A DNA stretch of 61,627 bases from Eubacteriales bacterium (GCA_045588085.1 JAZNDN010000023.1:1-61627), one strand, 5' to 3'. Numbered from the stretch's first letter, positions 18,477 through 27,200 are shown. Numbers and translations: made by a program. The notes: generated by a model from the letters alone, not told the origin.

Positions 18477-18482
18477 AATAAA

Positions 18483-18510
18483 AACGGGAGCCTGCTCATT
18501 GACTCCCGTT
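18483..18510. terminator. bidirectional terminator closing the microcompartment operon
   Basis: Stem AACGGGAG / CTCCCGTT with a 12-nt loop, between the convergent AraC gene and the last gene of the BMC operon. Confidence 0.5.
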
Positions 18511-18562
18511 CCCATTTGAAATCTATTTTACACCCCGGCGTATTGCTTCGGGAAATAAAATC

Positions 18563-19018
18563 TTATAATAAGTAATAAGGAAGATTGCCGCCGAGGTTTA
18601 TATATCCCTCGCCCTCGCGTAGTGCGCTATCGGTTGCGACTTCCTTCTTGGGCTCTGTCTTCTTGACGGAGCTTTTTTTTGCTGCTGTCGGCTTCTTTGC
18701 GATGGAGCTCTTGCTCTCTGCCTTCATAGTTGAAACCGCAGCCTTTGCTTTTGCAGTACGGCTTTGCTTTTTCTGTGCCTCGCTGACTTTTGTGTCGGTG
18801 GCTTTTTTTGATTTAGCGGCAACCTCGGAGGCGCGCTCCTTTGCTCTTGCAATGGCGGATTTGCCCTCGTCGGTTTTCGGTGTGAGGATTTTCTGCGTAT
18901 GCTCAGCAGCCTCGCCTATCAACGATATTTCACTGTTTTCCATATCCGGAGATGAGGTCTGAACCTTGGAATAACCGTTGTTAGTAACTCTTTTCAGTGA
19001 ATTTTTACCTATCGGCAT
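18563..19018 (-). CDS. lysine/alanine/serine-rich low-complexity protein (151 aa), candidate ParA partner/adaptor
   Basis: ATG 19018 preceded by AAAGGAGA inside the ParA 3' end, with a 14-nt overlap. Basic N-terminal peptide MPIGKNSLKRV. Long K/A/S/T/E-rich centre (AKSKKATDTKVSEAQKKQSRTAKAKAAV...AKKPTAAKKSSVKKTEPKKE). Short aromatic/hydrophobic C-terminus GEGYINLGGNLPYYLL. Confidence 0.65.
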   Translation of the reverse strand: MPIGKNSLKRVTNNGYSKVQTSSPDMENSEISLIGEAAEHTQKILTPKTDEGKSAIARAKERASEVAAKSKKATDTKVSEAQKKQSRTAKAKAAVSTMKAESKSSIAKKPTAAKKSSVKKTEPKKEVATDSALREGEGYINLGGNLPYYLL

Positions 19019-19796
19019 ACTTGATTATCTCCTTTGCAAGATTAATGTATTCCTTTGCACTTCTGCTGGCTTTCTTGTAGGCAACTACGGGCTGGCTGTT
19101 GTCCTGCGCCCATTCGATAGCACTGTCAACTCTGACGTAGGTTTCAAACAGACGTGCCGCCTCAAATTCCTTAAGGGTTTGCAGGGTTTGCTTGAAATAA
19201 TTTTTTCTTTCGTCTGCTTTGGTGATTGCAATACCCAAAACCTCAAGTCTTGGGTTGAGGTTTTTTACCTGCCCGAGAAAATCGAACATATTTGCTAAGC
19301 CGAAAAGTCCCCACGGACTCGCCTCAACCGGAATAACAACGTAATCCGAGGCGCACATTATGTTCATAACCCAGCCGCCAAGGGTGGGCGGTGAGTCTAT
19401 GAGTATGTAATCGTAATATCCGCCCGCGCGGCACCTCTCGAGGCACTTTTTAAGTATAAATTCGCGCTGCCACTTTGCAAAGAGCTCAAATTCAACGGAG
19501 CTCATAAGCGGGGAGGAGGGAATTATATCAAGTCCTTCGTATCCCGTCGGAGAAATGTAATCCGCGAGGTCGCGTTCCTCTTTTATTGCAGCGTATATAT
19601 TTTTTCCGTTCTCGGCAAATTCAAGAGCCTTTTCCTCGTCAAAGAAGGAAAGCGTCAGGTTCTGTTGCATATCGGCGTCAATAATAAGAACCCTTTTGCC
19701 AAAGGATGCAATAGCCGCACCGACGTTTCCGCAGGTGGTGGTTTTTCCGCTTCCGCCTTTGTTGTTGGCGAAGGCTATAACCTTAGTCTTGCTCAT
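19005..19796 (-). CDS. ParA/MinD-family P-loop ATPase (orphan, no ParB)
   Basis: Deviant Walker A FANNKGGSGKTT with the signature Lys, A' RVLIIDADMQ and Walker B YDYILIDSPP. 263 aa with no N-terminal HTH. RBS GGAGG upstream; 14-nt overlap with the eutP/pduV-like gene. Confidence 0.85.
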   Translation of the reverse strand: MSKTKVIAFANNKGGSGKTTTCGNVGAAIASFGKRVLIIDADMQQNLTLSFFDEEKALEFAENGKNIYAAIKEERDLADYISPTGYEGLDIIPSSPLMSSVEFELFAKWQREFILKKCLERCRAGGYYDYILIDSPPTLGGWVMNIMCASDYVVIPVEASPWGLFGLANMFDFLGQVKNLNPRLEVLGIAITKADERKNYFKQTLQTLKEFEAARLFETYVRVDSAIEWAQDNSQPVVAYKKASRSAKEYINLAKEIIKYADR

Positions 19797-20295
19797 TTTG
19801 AGTTACCTCCGTTGCCTCACTTTCGGTCTTGGTGCCGTGGCGTGTAGGCTTTTTAGTCTTTCTTTCGTCGTCCTCATTGAGAAATGCGATTATATCCGCG
19901 AGCCCCTCGCCCGTTACGGCGCTGACGGGGAAAATTCTCTTGCATCCGGCAAGCTTTAACCAGCGTGCAACTCTTTCGACGTTTGCATCCGGCTTGTCTA
20001 TTCCGGATATTATTCCGACAACCTCACGGTTGACAAGGCTCGTGATGCAGGGAGAGAAAATCGAATATGGCTCGTTTGCGCTTAAAACCAATCCTACGAC
20101 GTCTGCCTCGTAGGAATAAAGAGCTAAGGCACCGCTGGTCTGACGAAGCTCGGTGTATTCTCCGGGCGTGTCTATGACCGTGTCAAGATAATTGACGTAC
20201 TGCGTCTTGAAATAATGTATTTCCTCGCCGCGCAGAGCCTGAGTCAGAGTAGTTTTACCTGCGGCAACTCTGCCTATCAGAATAATCTTTTTCAT
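19783..20295 (-). CDS. pduV: EutP/PduV-family small GTPase with charged C-terminal tail
   Basis: MKKIILIGRVAAGKTTL P-loop and DTPGEY switch typical of EutP/PduV. Extra ~30-aa disordered tail (EDDERKTKKPTRHGTKTESEATEVTQNEQD). Confidence 0.85.
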   Translation of the reverse strand: MKKIILIGRVAAGKTTLTQALRGEEIHYFKTQYVNYLDTVIDTPGEYTELRQTSGALALYSYEADVVGLVLSANEPYSIFSPCITSLVNREVVGIISGIDKPDANVERVARWLKLAGCKRIFPVSAVTGEGLADIIAFLNEDDERKTKKPTRHGTKTESEATEVTQNEQD

Positions 20296-20296
20296 T

Positions 20297-20656
20297 TTAA
20301 GTACGTGTTATATCACAGCAGGTGTAGGCAAGCTTCGAGGTGAAATATTCTCTGATTGCCGCGAAGGCTGATTCAACCGAGGAAACGCTTCCCGATATAA
20401 TCAGAGTTCCGGTAAATCTGTCGACGAAGCCTATTTCCGCGCCCGAGGATTTTATTGCAATATCAGCGGTGATAACAGCGCTTTCTGCAGGGCTTATCGT
20501 AAGAACGCCTATCGCACTTCTGGTGTAATCGGTTTTAGGGTCAAGACCGAGCTTGGTGTAAAGAACGTCGTCGGGGTTTGCTATTATGTGGCAGAGCGTT
20601 ATCTGTTTACCGGGAACGAGCTCCTGCACTATTCTCATTTTATCTCTGAGTTCCAT
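20297..20656 (-). CDS. pduU: circularly permuted BMC-H shell protein (PduU/EutS type)
   Basis: ATG 20656 (track start 20722 over-extended). RIVQELVPGKQITLCHIIANPD...IGVLTISPAESAVITADIAIKSSGAEIGFVDRFTGTLIISG matches the PduU/EutS pattern. Confidence 0.8.
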   Translation of the reverse strand: MELRDKMRIVQELVPGKQITLCHIIANPDDVLYTKLGLDPKTDYTRSAIGVLTISPAESAVITADIAIKSSGAEIGFVDRFTGTLIISGSVSSVESAFAAIREYFTSKLAYTCCDITRT

Positions 20657-20691
20657 ATATTTTCCGCCTTTGTATAGTTTTGTGCGAGGGA

Positions 20692-21465
20692 TTAGCCTCC
20701 TATTTGTGCTCTTATGCCGCATTCCTCGGCTACGGAAAGAAGATACTCCATTCTTTCCTTTGAGGGAGGCTCAATCTCCTTCATCGAGTAATTTCTGCCG
20801 AGTCCGCGGTATTTATCGCTTCCGAGTCTGTGGTAGGGCAACAGATGATGCGCTTTCGCGCCGATGCTCTTTGCAAATTCGGATATTTTGCGGATATCCT
20901 CCGCGCTGTCGTTGAATTCGGGAATTACCGGCGTTCTGATAATAAGCTCTACTCCGCTTTTCGCCAGCTTTGCTGCATTTTCGAGAATAAGCTCATTAGG
21001 ACGTGCTGTGTATTCCCTGTGCTTGCCGCTGTCCATGTGCTTTATATCAAGTAAATATAAATCGAGGTAGGGAAGAAGCTTTTCTATTTCTGCATAGGGC
21101 AGTGAGCCTGCCGACTCAATTGCCGTATGAAGCCCTGCTGATTTGCATTCGCGAAGAAGCTCGGCAGCGAAATCCGCCTGACAGAGCACCTCGCCTCCGG
21201 AAAGCGTAACGCCTCCACCGCTTCGTCTGTAATAGGGGATATCGGCAAGTATTTCCGGCATTATCTCGTCAACCGTGACGTCGCGGCCTACGGTTTTTAC
21301 CTTGTCGCCTTCAGCCATGGTTTGTATCTCGTAATGCTGAGATTCCGGGTTGCAGCACCAAGCGCATCTCATAACGCAGCCCTTGAAGAATACTATGGTG
21401 CGGATTCCGGGGCCGTCGTGTATGGAAAAACGCTGAATATTGAATATTCTTCCTTGCCTTGCCAT
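20692..21465 (-). CDS. glycyl-radical enzyme activating enzyme (radical SAM, short PflA-like form)
   Basis: FSIHDGPGIRTIVFFKGCVMRCAWCCNPE (CxxxCxxC cluster) and GGGVTLSGGEV. 257 aa with no ferredoxin-like Cys-rich insertion. Confidence 0.9.
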   Translation of the reverse strand: MARQGRIFNIQRFSIHDGPGIRTIVFFKGCVMRCAWCCNPESQHYEIQTMAEGDKVKTVGRDVTVDEIMPEILADIPYYRRSGGGVTLSGGEVLCQADFAAELLRECKSAGLHTAIESAGSLPYAEIEKLLPYLDLYLLDIKHMDSGKHREYTARPNELILENAAKLAKSGVELIIRTPVIPEFNDSAEDIRKISEFAKSIGAKAHHLLPYHRLGSDKYRGLGRNYSMKEIEPPSKERMEYLLSVAEECGIRAQIGG

Positions 21466-21518
21466 AAGCGCTTCCTTTCCTTGAATTTTAAATCCTGCTA
21501 TTCCTGCTTTGTTATCGG

Positions 21519-24050
21519 TTACCAGCCCTGTTCAGTACGGTTTATAATATCATTCTGAAGCGAGCGGGAAAGAGTTGTAAAGAGTGCAGAGTATCCCGCG
21601 ACTCTGACAACCAGAGTCTTATACTTTTCGGGATTTTGCTGAGCGTCGAGAAGAGTTTCCTTCGTAACGACGTTAAACTGAACGTGCATACCCTTCTGGT
21701 CGAAATACGAGCGTATCAGTGCAACGAATTTTGAAAGTCCTGCCATTCCTTCCAAAGCGGAGGGGTGGAATTTCTGATTTAGAAGCGTTCCGTTAGAGGC
21801 AACTGCCTGTTCGAGCCTTGCAACCGAGTTTGCGGTAGCGGTAGGACCCTTGACGTCTCTTCCGGAGGCGGGGCCTATTCCGTCAGCGAGGGGTGTGTAT
21901 GCGAGTCTGCCGTCGGGAGTTGCTCCCGTGGTTGCTCCGAGAGGAACGTTTGCCGAAACGGGATAAAGTCCTGCCTGATATATTCCTCCGCGGGGATTCT
22001 TATATTTTTCTATCTCTCTTGTGTAGGTGTTCGCAACCTCGCGAGCGAGCATATCTGCCTCGTAAATATCGTTTCCGTACTTGGGGCATTCATCCTCAAT
22101 GAGTCTTTTGATTTCACGGTAACGCATCTTAAGACCGTTATCAAGAGAGCTAGCCGTGGTAACCTCGTCGTAGATGATTTTAATTATCTGCTCCGTAAGA
22201 GGAGTTCCGCCTTTGACAAGACCCTCGGCAATTTCTGCGGTCACCTTCATCGCCGCATCACCGCTGAGTCCGTAGCCGAAATTCGCTGAAAGTGCATCGC
22301 GAAGCTCCGCCATGCTGACACGACCCTCGTCAAATACAAGCTTCTTTATTGCAAGAAGCGCATCGGCATTGTTTGCGATTCCAAAGCCCTGAGGTCCGGT
22401 AAAGTTATACACGGCTCCGCCCTCTTGCAGAGATTTGCCGCGGCCGATACAGTCGTCAACCATGCAGGACTGGAAGGGAAGCGGGCATCTTGCAGCGTGG
22501 GCTGTGTCAATAGCGTTTATTGAGTTGACGAGGAGCTTTATCATATAGCTCTGCTGAGCCTTGTAAGCCTCGAAGAACTGCTCAAAGGTTTTGAATTCGG
22601 TTACGTCTGCGGTTTCAGGTCCTATTTGAACGCCGCGGCTCATGCCGCTTGAGAAAACGAGCTCAATGGGACGGCACATATTGAAGAATGCAGCATCGTG
22701 CCAGCCGTCCGTCTTTGCCGCCTTCTGAGGCTCTACACAGCCTATGATACAGTAATCTCTTGCGTCCTCAAGAGACAGGCCGCGTGCCATAATCGAGGGG
22801 ATTATGATTTCGTCGTTGTAGTAAGCGGGAAGACCGGTTCCAAGTCTTGTCAGCGCACTCGCCTTGATAAGAAAGTCCTCGGGAGAGCCGTTCCAGACTC
22901 TTACCGAAATAGAGGGCTGAGGGAGCGGAACGTGCATAGATGCCTCAAGGCACATATACGAGAGGTCGTTTGTGGCGTCCATGCCGTAGGAATTCTGACC
23001 GCCGACTATCAGGTTCTGGAACATACCGTAGCCTGCAAAGCCGTTTGCGGAATCGGCATCTCTTACTTTGTTTATGTCGTTGAGCTTAACCCAAACGCAG
23101 TCGATAAGCTCCTGCGCCTGCTCAAGCGTGATAGCTCCCTTTTCCATATCGGACTTGTAGAAGGGATACATATACTGGTCAAAACGGCCGGGAGATATTG
23201 AGTGACCGCTGGATTCAATCTGAAGAAGGAGCTGAATGAACCAGAATGACTGGCAAGCCTCGTGGAAGCTCGTTGCGGGGAATTCGGGAACTCTGAGGCA
23301 ATTCTTGGATATTTTCATAAGCTCCTCGCGGCGAACGGGGCACTTTTCCGCATCTGCAAGCTCGCGTGCAAGCTTTGCATATCTGTGCGCGTACTCGCAA
23401 ACCGCCTCGCAGCTTTCGATAACTGCTTCAAGGAAATTGCTTCTCTGAGTGTATTCCGGGTCGGCAAAGTCGAGCTTGTCAAGAGCCTCTGTTGCCTCGG
23501 CAATAATTCCTCTGTATCCTTTTTTCAGAACCTTGGGATAGTCAACGCAAACGTGGCCTATTCCGTTATAGAAATAGTTACCCGGCGTGTATACCGCGTG
23601 AGTTGCGAATGCCTCGTACGCTTCGGGAGCCATGTTGGACTTAGCTAAGTCAGAACAGGTTTTCCCGTGCCACCAAGGGTATATTTCACGAAGCTGTGCT
23701 TTCGTTTTTTCGCTTATATAGAAGGGGTCTGCCGTACGGGTGGAAACGGTATCAAGCTCTCCAAGAAGCCACTCGTATGAGTATTCGGGGAAAACCTGAC
23801 AGCCGCGAGGAGCGCGGCTCGCACTTCCGACAATCAGCTCGCCGGGTCTTATAGTAATCGGAATGTTTCTGAGAATATGAGCAAAAGCTGCGCTTCTGCG
23901 CTTTATTACAGGGAGATTTTCCGTGAGCTTGTAGCTTTCGGTAATTAGAATACCGCGGTCAGCTTCAATTTCGGGCATCTTCTCATAAAGATGATCGATA
24001 AGCTTGGATATTCTTTCGCTCTTTTCTATTACAAATTTTATATTTTCCAT
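21519..24050 (-). CDS. glycyl radical enzyme, diol-dehydratase class (probable B12-independent 1,2-propanediol dehydratase)
   Basis: PFL2/glycerol-dehydratase-like fold. Catalytic GCVEP loop (YCIIGCVEPQ) and C-terminal glycyl radical motif VVRVAGYSALF. Substrate is inferred from aldolase/rhamnose context only. ATG 24050 preferred over GTG 24059. Confidence 0.75.
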   Translation of the reverse strand: MENIKFVIEKSERISKLIDHLYEKMPEIEADRGILITESYKLTENLPVIKRRSAAFAHILRNIPITIRPGELIVGSASRAPRGCQVFPEYSYEWLLGELDTVSTRTADPFYISEKTKAQLREIYPWWHGKTCSDLAKSNMAPEAYEAFATHAVYTPGNYFYNGIGHVCVDYPKVLKKGYRGIIAEATEALDKLDFADPEYTQRSNFLEAVIESCEAVCEYAHRYAKLARELADAEKCPVRREELMKISKNCLRVPEFPATSFHEACQSFWFIQLLLQIESSGHSISPGRFDQYMYPFYKSDMEKGAITLEQAQELIDCVWVKLNDINKVRDADSANGFAGYGMFQNLIVGGQNSYGMDATNDLSYMCLEASMHVPLPQPSISVRVWNGSPEDFLIKASALTRLGTGLPAYYNDEIIIPSIMARGLSLEDARDYCIIGCVEPQKAAKTDGWHDAAFFNMCRPIELVFSSGMSRGVQIGPETADVTEFKTFEQFFEAYKAQQSYMIKLLVNSINAIDTAHAARCPLPFQSCMVDDCIGRGKSLQEGGAVYNFTGPQGFGIANNADALLAIKKLVFDEGRVSMAELRDALSANFGYGLSGDAAMKVTAEIAEGLVKGGTPLTEQIIKIIYDEVTTASSLDNGLKMRYREIKRLIEDECPKYGNDIYEADMLAREVANTYTREIEKYKNPRGGIYQAGLYPVSANVPLGATTGATPDGRLAYTPLADGIGPASGRDVKGPTATANSVARLEQAVASNGTLLNQKFHPSALEGMAGLSKFVALIRSYFDQKGMHVQFNVVTKETLLDAQQNPEKYKTLVVRVAGYSALFTTLSRSLQNDIINRTEQGW

Positions 24051-24097
24051 AATATTCACTCTCAGCTTTCGTATGTAAATATTTCAGGCAGTCAGAA

Positions 24098-24643
24098 TTA
24101 CATCTGCTCCCAAAGGTCTTTGTGCGGTGCCGGAATAACCGTGGAGGAGGAAAGCGTTGCCAGCTCCATAGCGTATGCAGCTCCCGCTTCAACAGCTGCG
24201 GTAACGTCACCTACGTCACCGGTCAGCATTATAACTCCCTTTCCGCCCATTCCGCGAGAAACTCTGAGGTCGTATATAGCAACTCTTGCGGTCTTGACAG
24301 CAATATCAGCCGCCTTGATTGCGCTTGCGGCAGAGAAGGTTTCGATAAGGCCGAGAGAGCCGACCTTTTCTCCGGTGCTTGTGCCGAAAAGCGCCTTTAT
24401 AACCTGCTCGTCTATCCGTCCCATAACCGATGCGTCTATCACGTATCCCTCAAATTTCGACTGAACGTGACTTACTGCGGCGCTTACGTCGGAAATAGAG
24501 CCGGTGAGTATTATTTCGTATTTTCCGGGGCAAGCCGGGTGAGCGGAAACCATGTCAATTCCCGCGCTTTTGAGCGCGGCATCGGCTGCCTCAACTCCCT
24601 TCGGTATGCTTTTGAGTTCAATTACTCCTATCGACCTATACAT
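24098..24643 (-). CDS. pduT: tandem-domain BMC-T shell protein (PduT-like)
   Basis: Two BMC domains in 181 aa (IGVIELKSIPKGVEAADAALKSAGI... and LGLIETFSAASAIKAADIAVKTARV...). Cys in HPACPGKY sits at the position of the PduT Fe-S ligand. Confidence 0.8.
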   Translation of the reverse strand: MYRSIGVIELKSIPKGVEAADAALKSAGIDMVSAHPACPGKYEIILTGSISDVSAAVSHVQSKFEGYVIDASVMGRIDEQVIKALFGTSTGEKVGSLGLIETFSAASAIKAADIAVKTARVAIYDLRVSRGMGGKGVIMLTGDVGDVTAAVEAGAAYAMELATLSSSTVIPAPHKDLWEQM

Positions 24644-24691
24644 TATTAAAATCCTCTGTAACAGTATTTATGGCTATTATACTTTCTGAAA

Positions 24692-26005
24692 TCAGTTTGC
24701 ACTTATTGATATCCTGTCGCCAAGGTGGCGTACGGTACCGCTGATTGATGCGTGCTGTGCAACCGAAAGTCCGTCTGCTGCCTGAGCTATGACGTCTCCC
24801 ACCGTAACCGTCTGTAAGTCAGATACGGCCGGAACACTGGGAATTCCTATATGCCTTGCAAGCGGAATTTCGACGTAATTAAAATCGGATATTCTCCCAA
24901 TATACTCGGCAACCGTGTCAAATCTTGCAACTCCGAGAACCTCTGCCCATTTGCGAGAGGGGATTCTTCTGTAATCTCTTTCGGGGGCGGGGCGCACCTG
25001 CTCTTCGGAGATGTATCTTATCTTGTTTTCCCTAAGAAGCGCCTTGTAGTTGTTTATAACAGCTTTTGGCGATATGCCCTGAGAGCATGCGAGGTTTTCG
25101 CATATTCCGCATCCGCAGCACAGCGTTGCGCTTATGACCATTTTGGGCATAAATTTCGCAGCGCCCATTGCGGTTCTTACCATTTTGTGCGGCTCGAGGG
25201 GGTATCCGAGAAGATTTCTCGGGCACATATCGGTGCATCTTGTACACTGGCAACAAGCGGTTTCGGCTCTCGCGACCGCCATTTTTTCGTTTATAAGCTT
25301 AGACTCTATTGCCCTTGAGGAGTCCGGGAGAACGAGAAGCCCCTTCGTCGTTTTTGTGACGGTTGCGCGTGCAGGGTTGATTATCTTTCCCATAGAGGGT
25401 CCGCCGTCTATAACCGAGTGTCCGTCGGGAACCGTGATTCCAAGTCTTGAAAACAGCTCAGATACGCGAACTCCGACGGGAACCTTTACTACCACGGGCT
25501 TGTCAACGTTGCCGCCGACGGTGAGCCACTTTTCGCTGACGCATTCACCGTATCTTATGCGTCTGCCTAGGTTGTACATTGTTTCAACGTTGTAAACTAT
25601 GACACCGACGGAAATCGGAAGCTTTCCCGGCTGTACCGTACGGCCGAGCGCTTCGTGTATAAGGCTTATTTCGTCACCCGTAGGGTAAACGTTGCCCAGA
25701 ACCTTTACACGAACTCTTTCGGAAAGGGATTCTCCGTTTGAAAATCCGAGTCTTTTCGCCGTATGCTCCTTTACCGACAGCATCGCGGTGGGAATATTGA
25801 GCTCGTCGAGAACCGCCTCAATTCCGGTTATTACCATGTCCGGCTCGTTTTTGAGTATGATGTAATCCGTGTAAAGAAGAGGCTCGCATTCGGCACCGTT
25901 TATAAGGAGGGTATCTGCCCCTCCTGCAAGCTTTGCATAAGAGGGGAACCCGGCGCCTCCGGCACCAACGATGCCTGCATCTCTCATTATGTAACTGAGT
26001 TCCAT
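24692..26005 (-). CDS. pduS: PduS/RnfC-like flavin and Fe-S oxidoreductase
   Basis: AGIVGAGGAGFPSY nucleotide-binding motif, SLBB-like middle region and two 4Fe-4S motifs (CCQCTRCTDMCP, CCGCGICENLAC). Confidence 0.8.
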   Translation of the reverse strand: MELSYIMRDAGIVGAGGAGFPSYAKLAGGADTLLINGAECEPLLYTDYIILKNEPDMVITGIEAVLDELNIPTAMLSVKEHTAKRLGFSNGESLSERVRVKVLGNVYPTGDEISLIHEALGRTVQPGKLPISVGVIVYNVETMYNLGRRIRYGECVSEKWLTVGGNVDKPVVVKVPVGVRVSELFSRLGITVPDGHSVIDGGPSMGKIINPARATVTKTTKGLLVLPDSSRAIESKLINEKMAVARAETACCQCTRCTDMCPRNLLGYPLEPHKMVRTAMGAAKFMPKMVISATLCCGCGICENLACSQGISPKAVINNYKALLRENKIRYISEEQVRPAPERDYRRIPSRKWAEVLGVARFDTVAEYIGRISDFNYVEIPLARHIGIPSVPAVSDLQTVTVGDVIAQAADGLSVAQHASISGTVRHLGDRISISAN

Positions 26006-26052
26006 CTTATTATCCTTTTGTTCTTTGGTGTGCGCTGATGCCGCTTGTTATC

Positions 26053-26301
26053 TTAGTCAACGATACCGACGATAACTGCATCTGCGGGGGCGTTTGTGTT
26101 GTGGAGCGCAAGTCTTGCAGAGCTTCCGGTGGTGACGAGAACCGTCTCACCTATTCCTGCGCCGACGCTGTCTATGGCGATTATAAACTTATCGGTAAGC
26201 ACGCCGTTTTCTATAAGCTGCAGCTCCATGAATTTACTTCCGACAAGAGCATCCTGCTTTCTTGTGGAAACGATGTTTCCTCTGATAATACCCTTTAGCA
26301 T
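26053..26301 (-). CDS. pduN: BMC-P pentameric vertex protein (EutN/PduN/CcmL family)
   Basis: 82 aa; GNIVSTRKQDALVGSKFMELQL...IAIDSVGAGIGETVLVTTGSSAR matches the EutN/CcmL pattern. Confidence 0.85.
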   Translation of the reverse strand: MLKGIIRGNIVSTRKQDALVGSKFMELQLIENGVLTDKFIIAIDSVGAGIGETVLVTTGSSARLALHNTNAPADAVIVGIVD

Positions 26302-26330
26302 ATCAAATCTCCTTAATAGAATAATTCTTT

Positions 26331-27005
26331 TCAGTCGGCAACCTTGACTCTGAAGCCGTTTCCGATTCCGCAGGCGTTTGCATCGTCGGTGTCTATGTGC
26401 ATCTCAAGTCTGAAATCCTTATGAACTCTGACCTGAACGTCGTAAAAGCGCGTTTTTCTTTTGCCGAGGACGTCAATGGTGAGCGTGTCACCGTCATTTA
26501 CGGAGAAAACCTTAGCGTCGTCGGGTGACATGTGGATGTGTCTGTTCGCTATAATGCAGCCCTCGGAGAGCTCAACAACGCCCTTGGGACCTATGATTGT
26601 GATAGGTGCTGAGCCTGCAATGTTTCCGGACTCTCTGACGGGAGGCTTAACCTTGAGAACGTAGGAGTCGGTTGCGGAAATTTCAACCTGAGAGGTACGT
26701 CTTACAGGACCCAGAACTCTGACGTTTTCAATAGGACGAAGCGAGGGCCCCACTATTGTGAGCAGCTCTTTGCATGCGTACTGTCCCGGCTGGGAGAGGT
26801 CCTTTATGGGTGTCAGCTCGTAGCCGCTTCCGAAAAGAGTTTCAAGGTCAGCTTTTGAAAGATGAATATGTCTGTTTGACACACCGACGGGAATTCCGTC
26901 CTCCTTCGATGCGGACACGGTGGGCTCAGCCGCACTTCCAACCGTTCCCATTCCTGAGATAACCTTTGCGACAAGCTCCTTTATAAGCTCCTTTGAGTAT
27001 TCCAT
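26331..27005 (-). CDS. pduL: phosphate propanoyl/acyl-transferase PduL with N-terminal encapsulation peptide
   Basis: Duplicated PduL motifs GVSNRHIHLSKADLETLFG and ANRHIHMSPDDAKVF. The first ~20 aa (EYSKELIKELVAKVISGMG) form an amphipathic helix followed by an A/S/T-rich linker. Confidence 0.9.
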   Translation of the reverse strand: MEYSKELIKELVAKVISGMGTVGSAAEPTVSASKEDGIPVGVSNRHIHLSKADLETLFGSGYELTPIKDLSQPGQYACKELLTIVGPSLRPIENVRVLGPVRRTSQVEISATDSYVLKVKPPVRESGNIAGSAPITIIGPKGVVELSEGCIIANRHIHMSPDDAKVFSVNDGDTLTIDVLGKRKTRFYDVQVRVHKDFRLEMHIDTDDANACGIGNGFRVKVAD

Positions 27006-27093
27006 AGTATATCCTTTCTTCAGGCAATTGCGGAATTTGATACACGCCTCATGCCTATACCTTAATTTCTTGGTTTATATCCGACGGTATTAT

Positions 27094-27160
27094 GCCGAGG
27101 GAAAGCCGAATAAGCTTCGGCTCTCTCTCGGCATCCGAAGACCCGAGGGCCTTCGGATGC
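27094..27160 (-). other. two adjacent GC-rich hairpins in the shell-gene/pduL intergenic spacer
   Basis: GCCGAGGGAAAGCCGAA-TAAGC-TTCGGCTCTCTCTCGGC (27094-27132) and GCATCCGAAG-ACCCGAGGGC-CTTCGGATGC (27131-27160). No U-run follows on the coding (minus) strand. Confidence 0.55.
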
Positions 27161-27200
27161 CGCCGCCTTCTGCAAGCTATCAAGAATTAATTTATCTTAA

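Noticed and set aside
19005-19796. ParA considered as the chromosomal Soj or a plasmid partition ATPase
   Set aside because: No ParB/Spo0J or RHH/HTH centromere-binding gene is nearby, and I saw no parS-like repeat nearby. The gene is overlapped at both ends within the BMC operon, and no origin-region marker genes are present. A plasmid-like origin cannot be fully excluded without phylogeny.
21519-24050. GRE considered as choline trimethylamine-lyase or glycerol dehydratase
   Set aside because: The locus contains a deoxyhexose-phosphate aldolase and lies near rhaBA, which fits the propanediol-dehydratase GRM type. I cannot verify pocket residues without an alignment, so this remains a context-based call.
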